Part shown: positions 1 through 9,816 of the stretch, piece after piece | How the letters are laid out: the number at the start of each line of letters is the position of its first letter | Numbering within the stretch: the first letter of the stretch is position 1 | DNA from: Nemertoderma westbladi | Taxonomy: Eukaryota; Animalia; Xenacoelomorpha | DNA: 47,931 nucleotides | NCBI GenBank assembly: GCA_032718475.1 | Contig: JAUCBJ010004995.1 | Coordinates: 1-47,931, forward strand | Direction of reading: 5' to 3' | Translations under genes and position numbers: made by a program | Notes under the pieces: generated by a model | The model's input: the letters and a program-made list of their open reading frames with translations, nothing else | Told to the model about the DNA's origin: nothing | Database searches by the model: none

Positions 1-508
1 ATCTATGGGAAAATTTTTAAAACAAATAAACATGTCAAATGTTGATTTATGACTCCAGCTAATGGACTATAAACAAAAACCAGTCACTCTCGAATTACAG
101 ACCTTCAGACCTTCCAACCATCTCTAATGCTCCCATCCCTACACCATTAATGAAACACTCATAACCGACCTTAGGATTAGCCTCCCCTCCATTCCCCACA
201 CGGCGGGCAGCATTATTAGTCCTTCAGAATATGAGTCATCGCACATCAATATCAAATACTGTCAACCCCTACAGGCGATTGGGGGACGTTAGTGCCCGCG
301 AGACGATAGTGCCCGCGGGCATTCCCAATATTTGTATCAAAAGTTGGTCAATCGTAAACGTGTGATAACTACGGAAATGATTGAATTTGTTGACGAGATA
401 AGGAAATCTGTAGACAACTAGATTGGTTAGATAAACACGAATATTATGATACCCCCGTTGTAGTTGGTTGATTTCTGCACCCCTACCTAAGGGTAGTATA
501 TCTACACG

Positions 509-1745
509 GGGTAACAGACGTTTCGGTCTAAGACGTTTTGGCCTAGGACGTTTCGGCCCAATGAATGAAATACAAGATTTGCTTGTCGGACGATTTGGCC
601 CAAAGACTCACTCTACTCCCTTAAATAAGCTATTAATTAATTATGTTATTCAATTTATTTTTTTTTTTTTTGCGTTCGTTACAAGAGGAGTTGTCAGTAG
701 GAACTGCTCGAACACCTGTTTGAAAGTCGTCAAGATCGAAGTTCTACATTATATTTATAAATAATAACTAATTTAATGTAATGTAATATTATTATTATTA
801 TTATTTATTAATATAAATATACACCATACTGTAACTTAGTATTATGTATTACTTAAGTATTACTAAGTATTATGATGATGGGGTTTCCCCCATAAAAAAA
901 CATACGTATTTTAAAATATGAGTCAATAAATAAAGTACATTAAAATACACCGAATTAAAATTATTACTGTATTTTAATGTTGGTCTTAAAAATATAATAG
1001 ATTAGAAATATTCCATTAAAGGAGCATTGCTAATAATTATGAGACAGACTGGATGTCATATGGAATGAGATAAAATATATGCGTATTAAATTTAAATTTA
1101 GATGAAATATATGCGTATTAAATTTAGATGAAATGTATGCGTATTAAAAGGACCAGAGTGGATGTGAAAGTGAAATAAAATATGAATTAATAAAAGCATT
1201 ATACGTCGTTATCCATGGGTATAAATCAAAATCATCTATCATCGAAGATGAGAGTTATTGTTTTAACAGATCATTAAGACATAGCTGCAATACACTGTCC
1301 AGCTACTGTAGAAGAATTATCAATTGAGTAATGTTTAAAATTAATGAAGTATCTCCAAAATATATCGATCAGACGAGATTTAAGCCCAAAATGGTTCGTG
1401 AAATTGATATATATAATTGTATAATAATATAAGTAATATAATATAATACAATATAACTGATGGCGAATTGTCTATGGAACCAGAGCACCACTTCCCTAAT
1501 ATTTATTTTATTTTGAAATAAAGGTAAATTAAATAGCCATTTCATGAAAGATATTTTATTAAGTGTTTGTATGTTATTGTGAAATAATTATAATTTTAAT
1601 GAATAATTATTATCATATCAAACAAGTTGGCCTTTTAATTCAGTTAGTAATGGGCCGAAACGTCCGGGCCGAAATGTCCGGACCGAAACGTCCTATGCCG
1701 AAACGTCCTGGACCGAAACATCCTAGGCCGAAACGTCTGTATACC
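509..1745. mobile_element. Non-autonomous TIR element (MITE) with GG termini and ~15-bp subterminal tandem repeats; Mutator/Phantom-like
   Basis: The left end GGGTAACAGACGTTTCGG matches the reverse complement of the right end, GGTATACAGACGTTTCGG. There are 3 copies of (G/A)GACGTTTCGGNCNN at the left and ~6 inverted copies at 1653-1740, with an AT-rich non-coding interior. No convincing TSD. Confidence 0.75.
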
Positions 1746-3820
1746 ATATACGATGGGACCGCAATGTGCTAAACGCTAAACTTCGCGGTAAACCAGCTTT
1801 AGGCATGAATGAATTCCTGGAATACCTCGATTATGAATCCTCATTGCAGATGATTACCCAGCGGCGCGAGCGTTACCTAGATCCAAAATCCGACAAAACA
1901 ACCCCAACTAGGCGTCGGGAGCAAGTTTATCAAACTGATCTATCAACCTGTGAGGAGGAATCCGAAGAAAGTGAAAACTCATAATATCTCGGATAGCCAG
2001 AAACGCAGCGACCAACAGCGTAAAGGCCTGAAACAACTAAAACCGATAATTAAATCAGCGACCTATAACGCTGGCTGTTTATTATGTAGTAAAGAGTCCC
2101 ATAGGCTCCCGCAGTGTCCAGACTTTATTGGAATGTCTTTGGAAAAACGGAGAGAAACTGTAACCTCTTTAAGTGTATGTTTCCTGTGCTTGTGCGCCGG
2201 ACACAATAGAAGCAAGTGTTATTTACGGGACACCTACAAATGTGTTAAGTGTAATGGAAAACATCACTACCTATTGCATCAGAAGGATATAGACCCCCAT
2301 GTGGAAATAAATGTTCCATTTACCGATTATTCCCCTTATGACATGAGGGGAAGTACCGAACAGGAGTTCTATACAGACGAGTTCTCCATGGATGAGGAAA
2401 GTTGCAATAATGTAGTGGTCTGTACAGCCATCACGTATGAGCCACCATTACCCCCAGAACAGCCTATAGACCGTCATACATCATTAAAGACCTCTGACCC
2501 AAAATCGCTTGGTGTTAGAGAATTCCCCGTTTTGCAAGTTCGACTACAGTCCCAATCCCAATAAGCATTAACTTGGTCGTTTTGGCGGCCAAAATGACCA
2601 AAATCGTCAAAAAAATGTAGTGTATTGCTATGGGCTGTTTGGTCGTTTTGGCGAAGCGATTTAACTCGACTCAGCCAAATCCAGACAGCCCGTACACTGC
2701 AACAACCGTAGCGTCATCGTAAACGCCCTAATGGAGACAGGAAGTTCTGGATCCTTCATTGATCAAGACCTTGCAGAGGAGTTATTTAGCACGGCAGACG
2801 GACATCCAATGAAATTAAATCTATCCGGCGTAATGCAAACCTGGCAATCACTTATACAAACTCGTTATTACAAAATTTCTTTATCTGACCCCGGTGATAT
2901 AAATGAAATATGTAAATTGAACAACATTAAGGTGGTTGCGATTAAGAAGTTTACAAATAGTCAAGCACCTGCGAATAACTGGGACAACGATGACTTTGTG
3001 AAACGTAATAACATCCCTCGATATGAACTCGATCGACCCGGAGTTCAATTATTAATCGGCCAGAACGCGCCAGAGGCCCGGGAAATTTTACAAAAACTCC
3101 CTAGTTCACCTCTGCCTTTAACCACATACGCTGGCAGAACCAGAATCGGTTGGTTCTGCACTGGCCCCATCGACAAAGACTTTAAATGCAAGAATGTCTA
3201 GTGAGAATATATCAACCAACCACATTCATTCAGAAAACATATCGACCAACTATATCCATTCTCCTAAACCCGGACAAATTGTGGAAGTGGAGGAATTCGC
3301 GGTGGGAGGACCCGATTTTGGGACAAAGTTTTCAAAATTTTGCGGTGAATCCAGTAAATCCAACGACAACAATCAACCGACATCCCAATTTAATACGGAC
3401 GAATATGGAGAACCCATTGACATGGCAACCAATAATTATGTAAATAAATTGGACAGCCCAAACTCAGACCCCCTTTTGAGTATTCACTCCCGGACTGAAG
3501 CTGTCCCAGACACCCCCCGATTATTTCAAAATCTATCCCCACTGATAGCCCGCGCCATGAACCATTATAGCTCATGGGATAAATTTTGTAGGGCTATAAC
3601 TATTCTGAAACAATTATTCCACTATAGATATAGTACTAATAATATACCTGTAGTAGGCTTGTCACCCACTGAAGTTGATAAATGTAATTTACAACTGTTA
3701 CGACTTTCACAGAAACTTGAGAGACCTTAGGAATATCATCAACTCAGCGTCGATCCTTTGACTCCATTGTTGGATAAATTCTCAGGTACTATGATTAATG
3801 GATTAATTCGCGTTGGAGGT
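1746..3820 (+). pseudogene. BEL/Pao LTR-retrotransposon gag-protease-(pre-integrase) relic
   Basis: The triple zinc knuckle CLLC..HRLPQC / CFLCLCAGHNRSKC / CVKCNGKHHYLLH (1950-2564) is typical of BEL/Pao gag. Protease region VNALMETGSSGSFI...LLIG...TRIGWFCTGP lies at 2671-3190. It is followed by HYSSWDKFCRAITILKQLF...LSPTEVDKCNLQLLRLSQ and LTPLLD...NGLIRVGG, the region that normally follows RNase H. Frameshifts and stops are present. Confidence 0.85.
2547..2670. mobile_element. ~124-bp insertion splitting the BEL gag-protease frame (possible Tc1/mariner-type MITE remnant)
   Basis: Removing 2547-2670 joins FPVLQVRL in frame to SAKSRQPVHCNNRSVIVNALMETGS. The insert begins TA|CAGTC, ends ...CTCGAC(T), and contains repeated TTGGTCGTTTTGGCG. 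Confidence 0.55.
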
Positions 3821-4379
3821 ACCTAAAGAGGTGAGGTCTCTATAGGGGTGCTTCCAACAGGTGGCGGTGGACTCGTGAGGGTCTGGGGGTACGTTAGATT
3901 CGTAATATAGTGCAAGGGAGTCACTGAAGGGCCTTGTGTCTAGCGAGCCATGAATCAACATGGTGCCATCTAGTCGGCCTGTTGCCGTACTGCTAGTCCT
4001 GTACACAGTAGGGGTGGTGGCTTTGCGTGATCTGTGGTTTCACGTGGTGTGATTTGTGTTCTGTGTGTGCGCGAGCAGTGGCAGTTAGCTTTGGGGCTTG
4101 GATGTGTTCCATCGACCGTCAGCTGTTCCTTTTTTTTTTTGATACTATATGTTATTGTCTCCATGTTCAGCTGGTTGGTCTTTGGGGTCTGTTTGGGTCT
4201 GACAAGAGCTTTGTCGCTGTGGGTGCGTGAGCGTATACGTGAGTGTGTGTATGGCCACTGCGAGTGAGTTTGGGAACCCTTGCCAGTTGGCTTGTTACTC
4301 CCGTTTTCTTTAACAGGGTGTTTTAATTTGTTAAAATAAAGCCACCCAGCGGGAGTAAAAGACATCACATCTCCCAACA
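3811..4379 (+). repeat. Candidate LTR of a second LTR element
   Basis: Non-coding block starting cGTTGGAG and ending CTCCCAACA (TGTTGG...CCAACA-like termini), with AATAAA at 4335-4340. A gag-like ORF follows. No clear PBS and no second LTR in the window. Confidence 0.4.
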
Positions 4380-4524
4380 ATAGTCAAATTATCTATTCTC
4401 TAGGTGGCGCAAATAGAAAATACAGCTAACAATTAATTCTTTGCTTTACAGAAATAATATTTAGTAAAATCTATTTGTCGCTACTATACCTATTTTGTAT
4501 AAAAAATTCTATTAATTTAACATA

Positions 4525-6216
4525 TTGTCAAGATCAGATACAGAGACCGAGCCATCAGCTCGACGTCCGTCCCCCATAACTATCCCTATTACTGAAATCC
4601 TTCCCACTGCTAATCCAGTTGCACCACCCGTCCCTAGCAAGAAATCTTGGGACAGGTCCCGTATAAGAACTAGGCAGTTTACTGGGGGGATCGTGAATAA
4701 TGTGGAAGTAGAACTGCTCGTGACCGACCCTGTCCAACTTGGAGTGAGTTCACCACCATTATTAATTATAGACACATCTCCCATTATGTTCGCCCCCTCA
4801 TCTAGTAACAATGAGGAATTGCATCTCCTGGGCGACAGCACACATTCTCAGAGCCTAGCGGATGAGACCGTTCCGGCTCACCCACAGGCAAGACTAGCCC
4901 GCCTGTTGGAGGAGATCGACAGCTACCAGGAAAGAATAGCAACTGGAGCTATGGCTACCGAACAGGGAGACTATGGGGAGGAGTTACACAATCTGATAAA
5001 CTCACACTATAACCACCCCGAACTTCATAGGTTTTTCCAGTTCAATGACATGATATGGGCGGATTTATATAAGCTAAAGGTTCCCCAAGTTCCATGCAGC
5101 ACGGGAGAACTATCTGCATTGGTTTATGGCCAAGTGACTGAATTTAATCAGCACATAGGAACTCTTATGCATGAGTTGCAGACTGTACAGCCTGACCCTA
5201 GAACTAACCCAGCTGTATACTTTAAGGTTAAGGAACTAGTCTGTAGAATCCGTTTAGTCTTGTCCGCCTTCTGGGAAGTGTCTAGCAGACACCATGACGC
5301 CGAATTAGCTGCCATAGTCGGCAGGCAGTTAGCAGAAGTAGCTGTGATAGCTGGGAAGGCACTAGCCCTTGAAAGGTTATATGGGCCGACCATTCCCCCG
5401 GGTGTCGATGTGGCTTGTTCCGGTACAGTAGCACCGCGAGACATGCGCACAGACTCGGAAGATTCCGATGAAGGTGAAGGCATGGATGCCATATCACGAC
5501 ACCTACAGCATTACATAGCTATAGTAGGAGAGGCTGAACTACATCGGAGGTTAAAGGGTTTAGCCCCTTCTAGTCCTGAATCAATGGCAGTTCTAGACGG
5601 AATAGAGGCCGAGCGTGACATGCAAGCACAGGTGGAAGAGCATGCAGCTGATAAGGAAATATTAGAAATGGAATTACAGTTAAACGCAAACCAACGGCGT
5701 AAAGAGTTACAGTTAGAAGCTGAACAGTGACGTAGAGAGTTGCAGTTAGAAACTGAACAGCCATGTGAGCAGCAATATAACGCGCGCTTAGAACATAATA
5801 TAGCTCTACAAAATCAAAAAGCGCTAAAGAGATTAAGTGAAAATCACCGCAAGGAAAGGTTAGGTTCAAACTGAGGACGAGACAAATCGAATAGAGGGAC
5901 TTATGCTTCGTCAGATGAAGGAAACTCCACCGACGCTAGTGAAGGTGGTAGCTACTCTCGGGGCAGACGAAAGAGAGCTGTTAGAGTAGCACTGCCGGAC
6001 CTGCCTCCATATAATAGAGACAGGATACCCCCAGAGCCAACTGATCTAAACCACCCGAGGTCGCAAACTTCGCGGCCCCTCCTGGGTAGGTTGCAGGAGG
6101 AAGACGAACTGAATGATCCTGGGTTCAAGATCTATATAGATCCACGGGAACAGAAGCCATCCCCTCAACTACAGCGGCAACCCCTTACCGCAATAGAAAC
6201 ATCATACCGCCAATAG
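4525..6216 (+). pseudogene. Gag-like N-terminal ORF (401-aa open part 4525-5730, degraded continuation), truncated near the Polinton-like TIR
   Basis: Lies just downstream of the putative LTR. It has a Pro/Ser-rich N-terminus, a helical middle and a coiled coil LEMELQLNANQRRKELQLEAEQ*RRELQLETEQ that continues past a TGA. No diagnostic motif was seen. Confidence 0.4.
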
Positions 6217-6575
6217 GTCCCATCTCGAACCATATCCCTCGTATGAGTTGCCCAGAACTCCCCAAGCCTAACTACCTGTCTAGCACTTTAGCTAAGACAA
6301 GGGATGAAAGGGTGTTATTCAACACCGATATATCCCAACAAATCCTCACTCAACCGTCTATTATAATCAGTGTAACCTACCAGATGACAGGCACCTGGCT
6401 CCTGGATCGACCCACTTACCCGCGACCGCGCCGGTACAAGTGGGGACCCGGCATCCGGGGCCAGGAACGCCATTGTCATCCGGCAAGGGAGTGCCGGTCA
6501 TAAACGACGGGCAGGGAGAGACCTACCCCAAGGCTGGTGTCAGGTTTGCGCCAGATGCTCACATTGACCTCAAAG

Positions 6576-7153
6576 AGTAGTAGTGGTTTGGTCCTCTCGG
6601 CGACAGTTAGACCTCACTGACACCCATTGGGTGTCATATGACACCCTATTATCACCCATAGGGTGTCGTTGGCGCCAGACTGTCTGGGTGACACCTCCCA
6701 ATTAGGCTAATTAGACCCTAATTGATAGGTGGCATCAATTAATTAGTACAATTAAAAACTAATAGGTGTCTTACGACTCCTAATTAGGGTTTAATTGATT
6801 ATCCTAATTAATCAGACTGATTAGCGCCCTGACACACAATGGGTCATCAGTGAGGTCTAACTGTCGCCGAGAGGACCAAAGGGTGTCATAAGTGACACCG
6901 CGGCTCTTTTATTTATTAATACCTATTTATTTGTATTTAATTTTAATTAATTATTTGTATTTAATTTTAATTAATTATTTGTATTTTATTTTACTTTATT
7001 TATTTGTATTTAATTTTAAATTAATTATTCATTTGTTCTTTATTTTAAATTAATAAATTGTATTAACTTTACTTTATATATTGATTTATATTTTTAGATT
7101 AAATTAGTTTTTATATTACCAATGAGATCACTATGACATAATGTCTATATTTA
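6576..7153 (+). repeat. Left terminal inverted repeat
   Basis: Aligns by eye to the reverse complement of 14299-14809, from AGTAGTAG..TTGGTCCTCT..GCGACAGTTAGACC through ..AATGTCTATATTTA, with substitutions and indels. Confidence 0.9.
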
Positions 7154-8833
7154 TCTTCATAATGGCTATGGTATGCGGCTCCCTACTGGCAACTAATTAC
7201 TCTATCGCATCCCATGTGCAACATTTCAGTGAGGCAACTATCATCTACGCTCATCGGCGGGCCCCCTCCTCTGCTGTCGTAGATACGACACGGTCTCTAT
7301 TGTATTGAATCTACACGTATACCCCCAAGGCAAATATAAATCAGCGGTCCCGTCTGTTAGCAGCCCCTTTGATGACTCACTAATAATCCCAACGCGGCCT
7401 TGACTACACCAAATCCATATATCGCCCGAGGCTAATGTTCCAGCGGCCCTCATCCAACAAGCCACCTTTGTTCTCACTATAGCCGGCATCACTTGGGTCC
7501 TTTCCTATATCCAGGCATCCTGTATCATAATAATGAAGCGTCTCTAAACACGCATTCCTCTCTACTAATCCCATTCCTATGCAACAGACCTGCTTCTGTT
7601 ATACACTCAACTCAACATAATTAGTAAGATGTCTACAGGGGTTTTCTAATATAGAATCAACATCATGAGAAGTTGCCCTGGTAACTGCTTATGCATGAAC
7701 AGACAATTAGCGAGCCACCCGATTGCTGCTGCGCCCTGATTGGCTCATTTAAGAGACCTCCCTCAATAACCGAATTGATATTTAATAAGTCCCCACCAAG
7801 ATATTACGTCATTATTTCATTTGCAAGTTACAATTAACATCATTTACCATTATTTTGTTTTCGAGTTTATTATTATTTATTAAGAATATTTATTTATTAT
7901 CATCAATCAACAATCCGATTATATAGTTGTATTATTGTCATTTCGCCGCGTTAACGCCCATCATCGTCATACAACCGCGTAATATTTTCCAACCTAATTT
8001 CCGATACCATTCCATTCTATCGGTAAATAAACTCTCTCGTCGTCCACTCAACCAACTTCTTCGTTGCCAACGAACTTCCAAACTTCATCTTTCCGTGAAT
8101 ATTAACTGCCACCATAAGTAAAATCTGCCTTCCACCATCTGACTATACTATCGATGCCGGTAGCAAATAATTTACATTTAATGTCTACTGGTACAACAGT
8201 ATTGCAGTAGGCTCATTATTAATTACTGTCAGACTGCGGTGGTACCGATAGCCTAAACCATGATCGAAGCATTCGATCAATAGGCCTACATCTGCCTATC
8301 TGCTTGTCTACCTGACTACCGGTACCGGATCATTCGAGTTAGCCTAGTGCCGTCGTAGTAGCGATATAGACCCTACTGAACAACAATGAATACTGCAGTT
8401 TTCACTATATATCCTACTGAGTAACTGAGATCTCACACAGCGATTAGCTAGGCCTATCGTTGATTTGTAATGGTTAACGCTACCGGTACGTCTGACTTCT
8501 GGCAGACTATATCACTAGCACTACTGCACTGACTGACTGTTGACTGCTGTTTATAGACCCTCTTTCCACGAATAATAAGTGCCATCGCTATTGTGTCTTG
8601 GTTATCGCCACTATCTAACCGCTGGTACACTAGCACTACTGCACTAGACACTGCCGACTGTCTGCTTTATGTTTCACTGACTGATTGTTACAATACAGCA
8701 ATAGGCCTAACTGTACAAACGCAGTATTGTTGCCTAGTAACCGATTAATACCTACTGTTTTACTTTATTTTTAGCAAGTATACAGTATTTTTTATTTTTT
8801 ACAAATAATCAACTTATTTTTTCTAGATTCAAG

Positions 8834-9004
8834 ATGCCTATGTCCACAAATAAAGTTAGCTGCCCAATCTGCGACAAAGAGACGTGGAGTGATAATTTAT
8901 CTCGCCACATTAAAACTCATTTCGCGCACTATAGATGTGACTGTTGCCCGACTTGGTCCTCCGAAAAGAAGACGCTGGTTGGCCATCTGGTTTCATGTCC
9001 TTAG
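8834..9004 (+). CDS. 56-aa two-finger zinc-finger microprotein (C2H2 plus C2HC-like) inside the Polinton-like element
   Basis: Hand translation: MPMSTNKVSCPICDKETWSDNLSRHIKTHFAHYRCDCCPTWSSEKKTLVGHLVSCP*. It is preceded by a polypyrimidine tract and AG (ttttttctag, 8826), and is too short for the supplied ORF track. Confidence 0.6.
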   Translation: MPMSTNKVSCPICDKETWSDNLSRHIKTHFAHYRCDCCPTWSSEKKTLVGHLVSCP

Positions 9005-9014
9005 GGGGGAACAG

Positions 9015-9131
9015 CAGTGAGGCATCGAGTGAGGCATAGTCTATGCCTCAGTGCCTCAGTGAGGCATAGTCTATGCCTCAGTGAGTCATAGTCTATGCCT
9101 CAGTGCCTCAATGAGTCATAGTCTATGCCTT
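9015..9131. repeat. Tandem array of palindromic units (T)GAGGCATAG-T-CTATGCCTC(A)
   Basis: Four full or near-full copies of GAG(G/T)CATAGTCTATGCCT plus partial AGTGAGGCA/AGTGCCTCA units. Confidence 0.9.
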
Positions 9132-9691
9132 CTCGCCGAAAGCGAGAACATCCTTGTCGAAAAGTTTAAAGAAACGAGTCTCCTCTTCCTCGGTCGGAGT
9201 CGACGAGTTCTAGATGAGAAGAAGAATCGAGTTTGTGATACTATGAAAATCGAATAAGCGATCATCGGAGAAGAAGGAGGTTATGAGAGTGGTTAAACCC
9301 AGTAAACGATTTGCCACGTCTTGGTTGATGTTTTCTTGAATAAAATCGACTATACTAGTTGGAATCGTAAACGTCTCGGTTGAAGTAGTTAGATTGAACG
9401 TTATTTTGTTGTCCCTTTTTAAAAGTTTGAAACCGTGGTTGGAGGAATGAAGTTTATTATCGTCGAGGGTTTGATATTGTCCATCGTGAAGTTCGTAGCA
9501 GGCACGGAAAATAAAGTGCGCACAGTTTGCTGGAATCGGGATGGGGGTTGTTTTAAGGTTGTATTTATCATTAACGGGAAGAGTTTGTTCGCCGAATCGA
9601 AATATAGACCAAACGAGTTGTCTTGTAGCATAAACTGATTTTCGTTGCAAACCAGATTGTTGCTTGAATAGCTGATTTCTGAATGTGCCAT
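9123..9691 (-). pseudogene. Disrupted ORF of unknown function (~190 aa) inside the Polinton-like element
   Basis: ATG at 9691 (MAHSEISYSSNN...). The frame probably shifts into the 9210-9650 frame (HFIFRACYELHDG...SILLLI). After a TAG at 9210 the same frame continues as NSSTPTEEEETRFFKLFDKDVLAFGEKA* to 9123. Confidence 0.5.
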
Positions 9692-9816
9692 CGTGATTGT
9701 GTACTGGTAACTCGTTTAGGAAATAAAAATAAATAAATACTTTTACGAAAATAATTAAAACTTTTCAGGAAAATAAAGAGACAATGACTGGGAATGTGGT
9801 GAACAGGGGCTATTAT

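Noticed and set aside
1-270. Possible upstream part of the BEL gag
   Set aside because: Composition looks coding, but the frames are broken and no motif could be identified.
468-1772. RRFGL / PKRPG repeat ORFs
   Set aside because: They are translations of MITE subterminal 15-mers.
7241-7560. Short ORFs just inside the left TIR
   Set aside because: No recognisable motif, and all frames examined are short.
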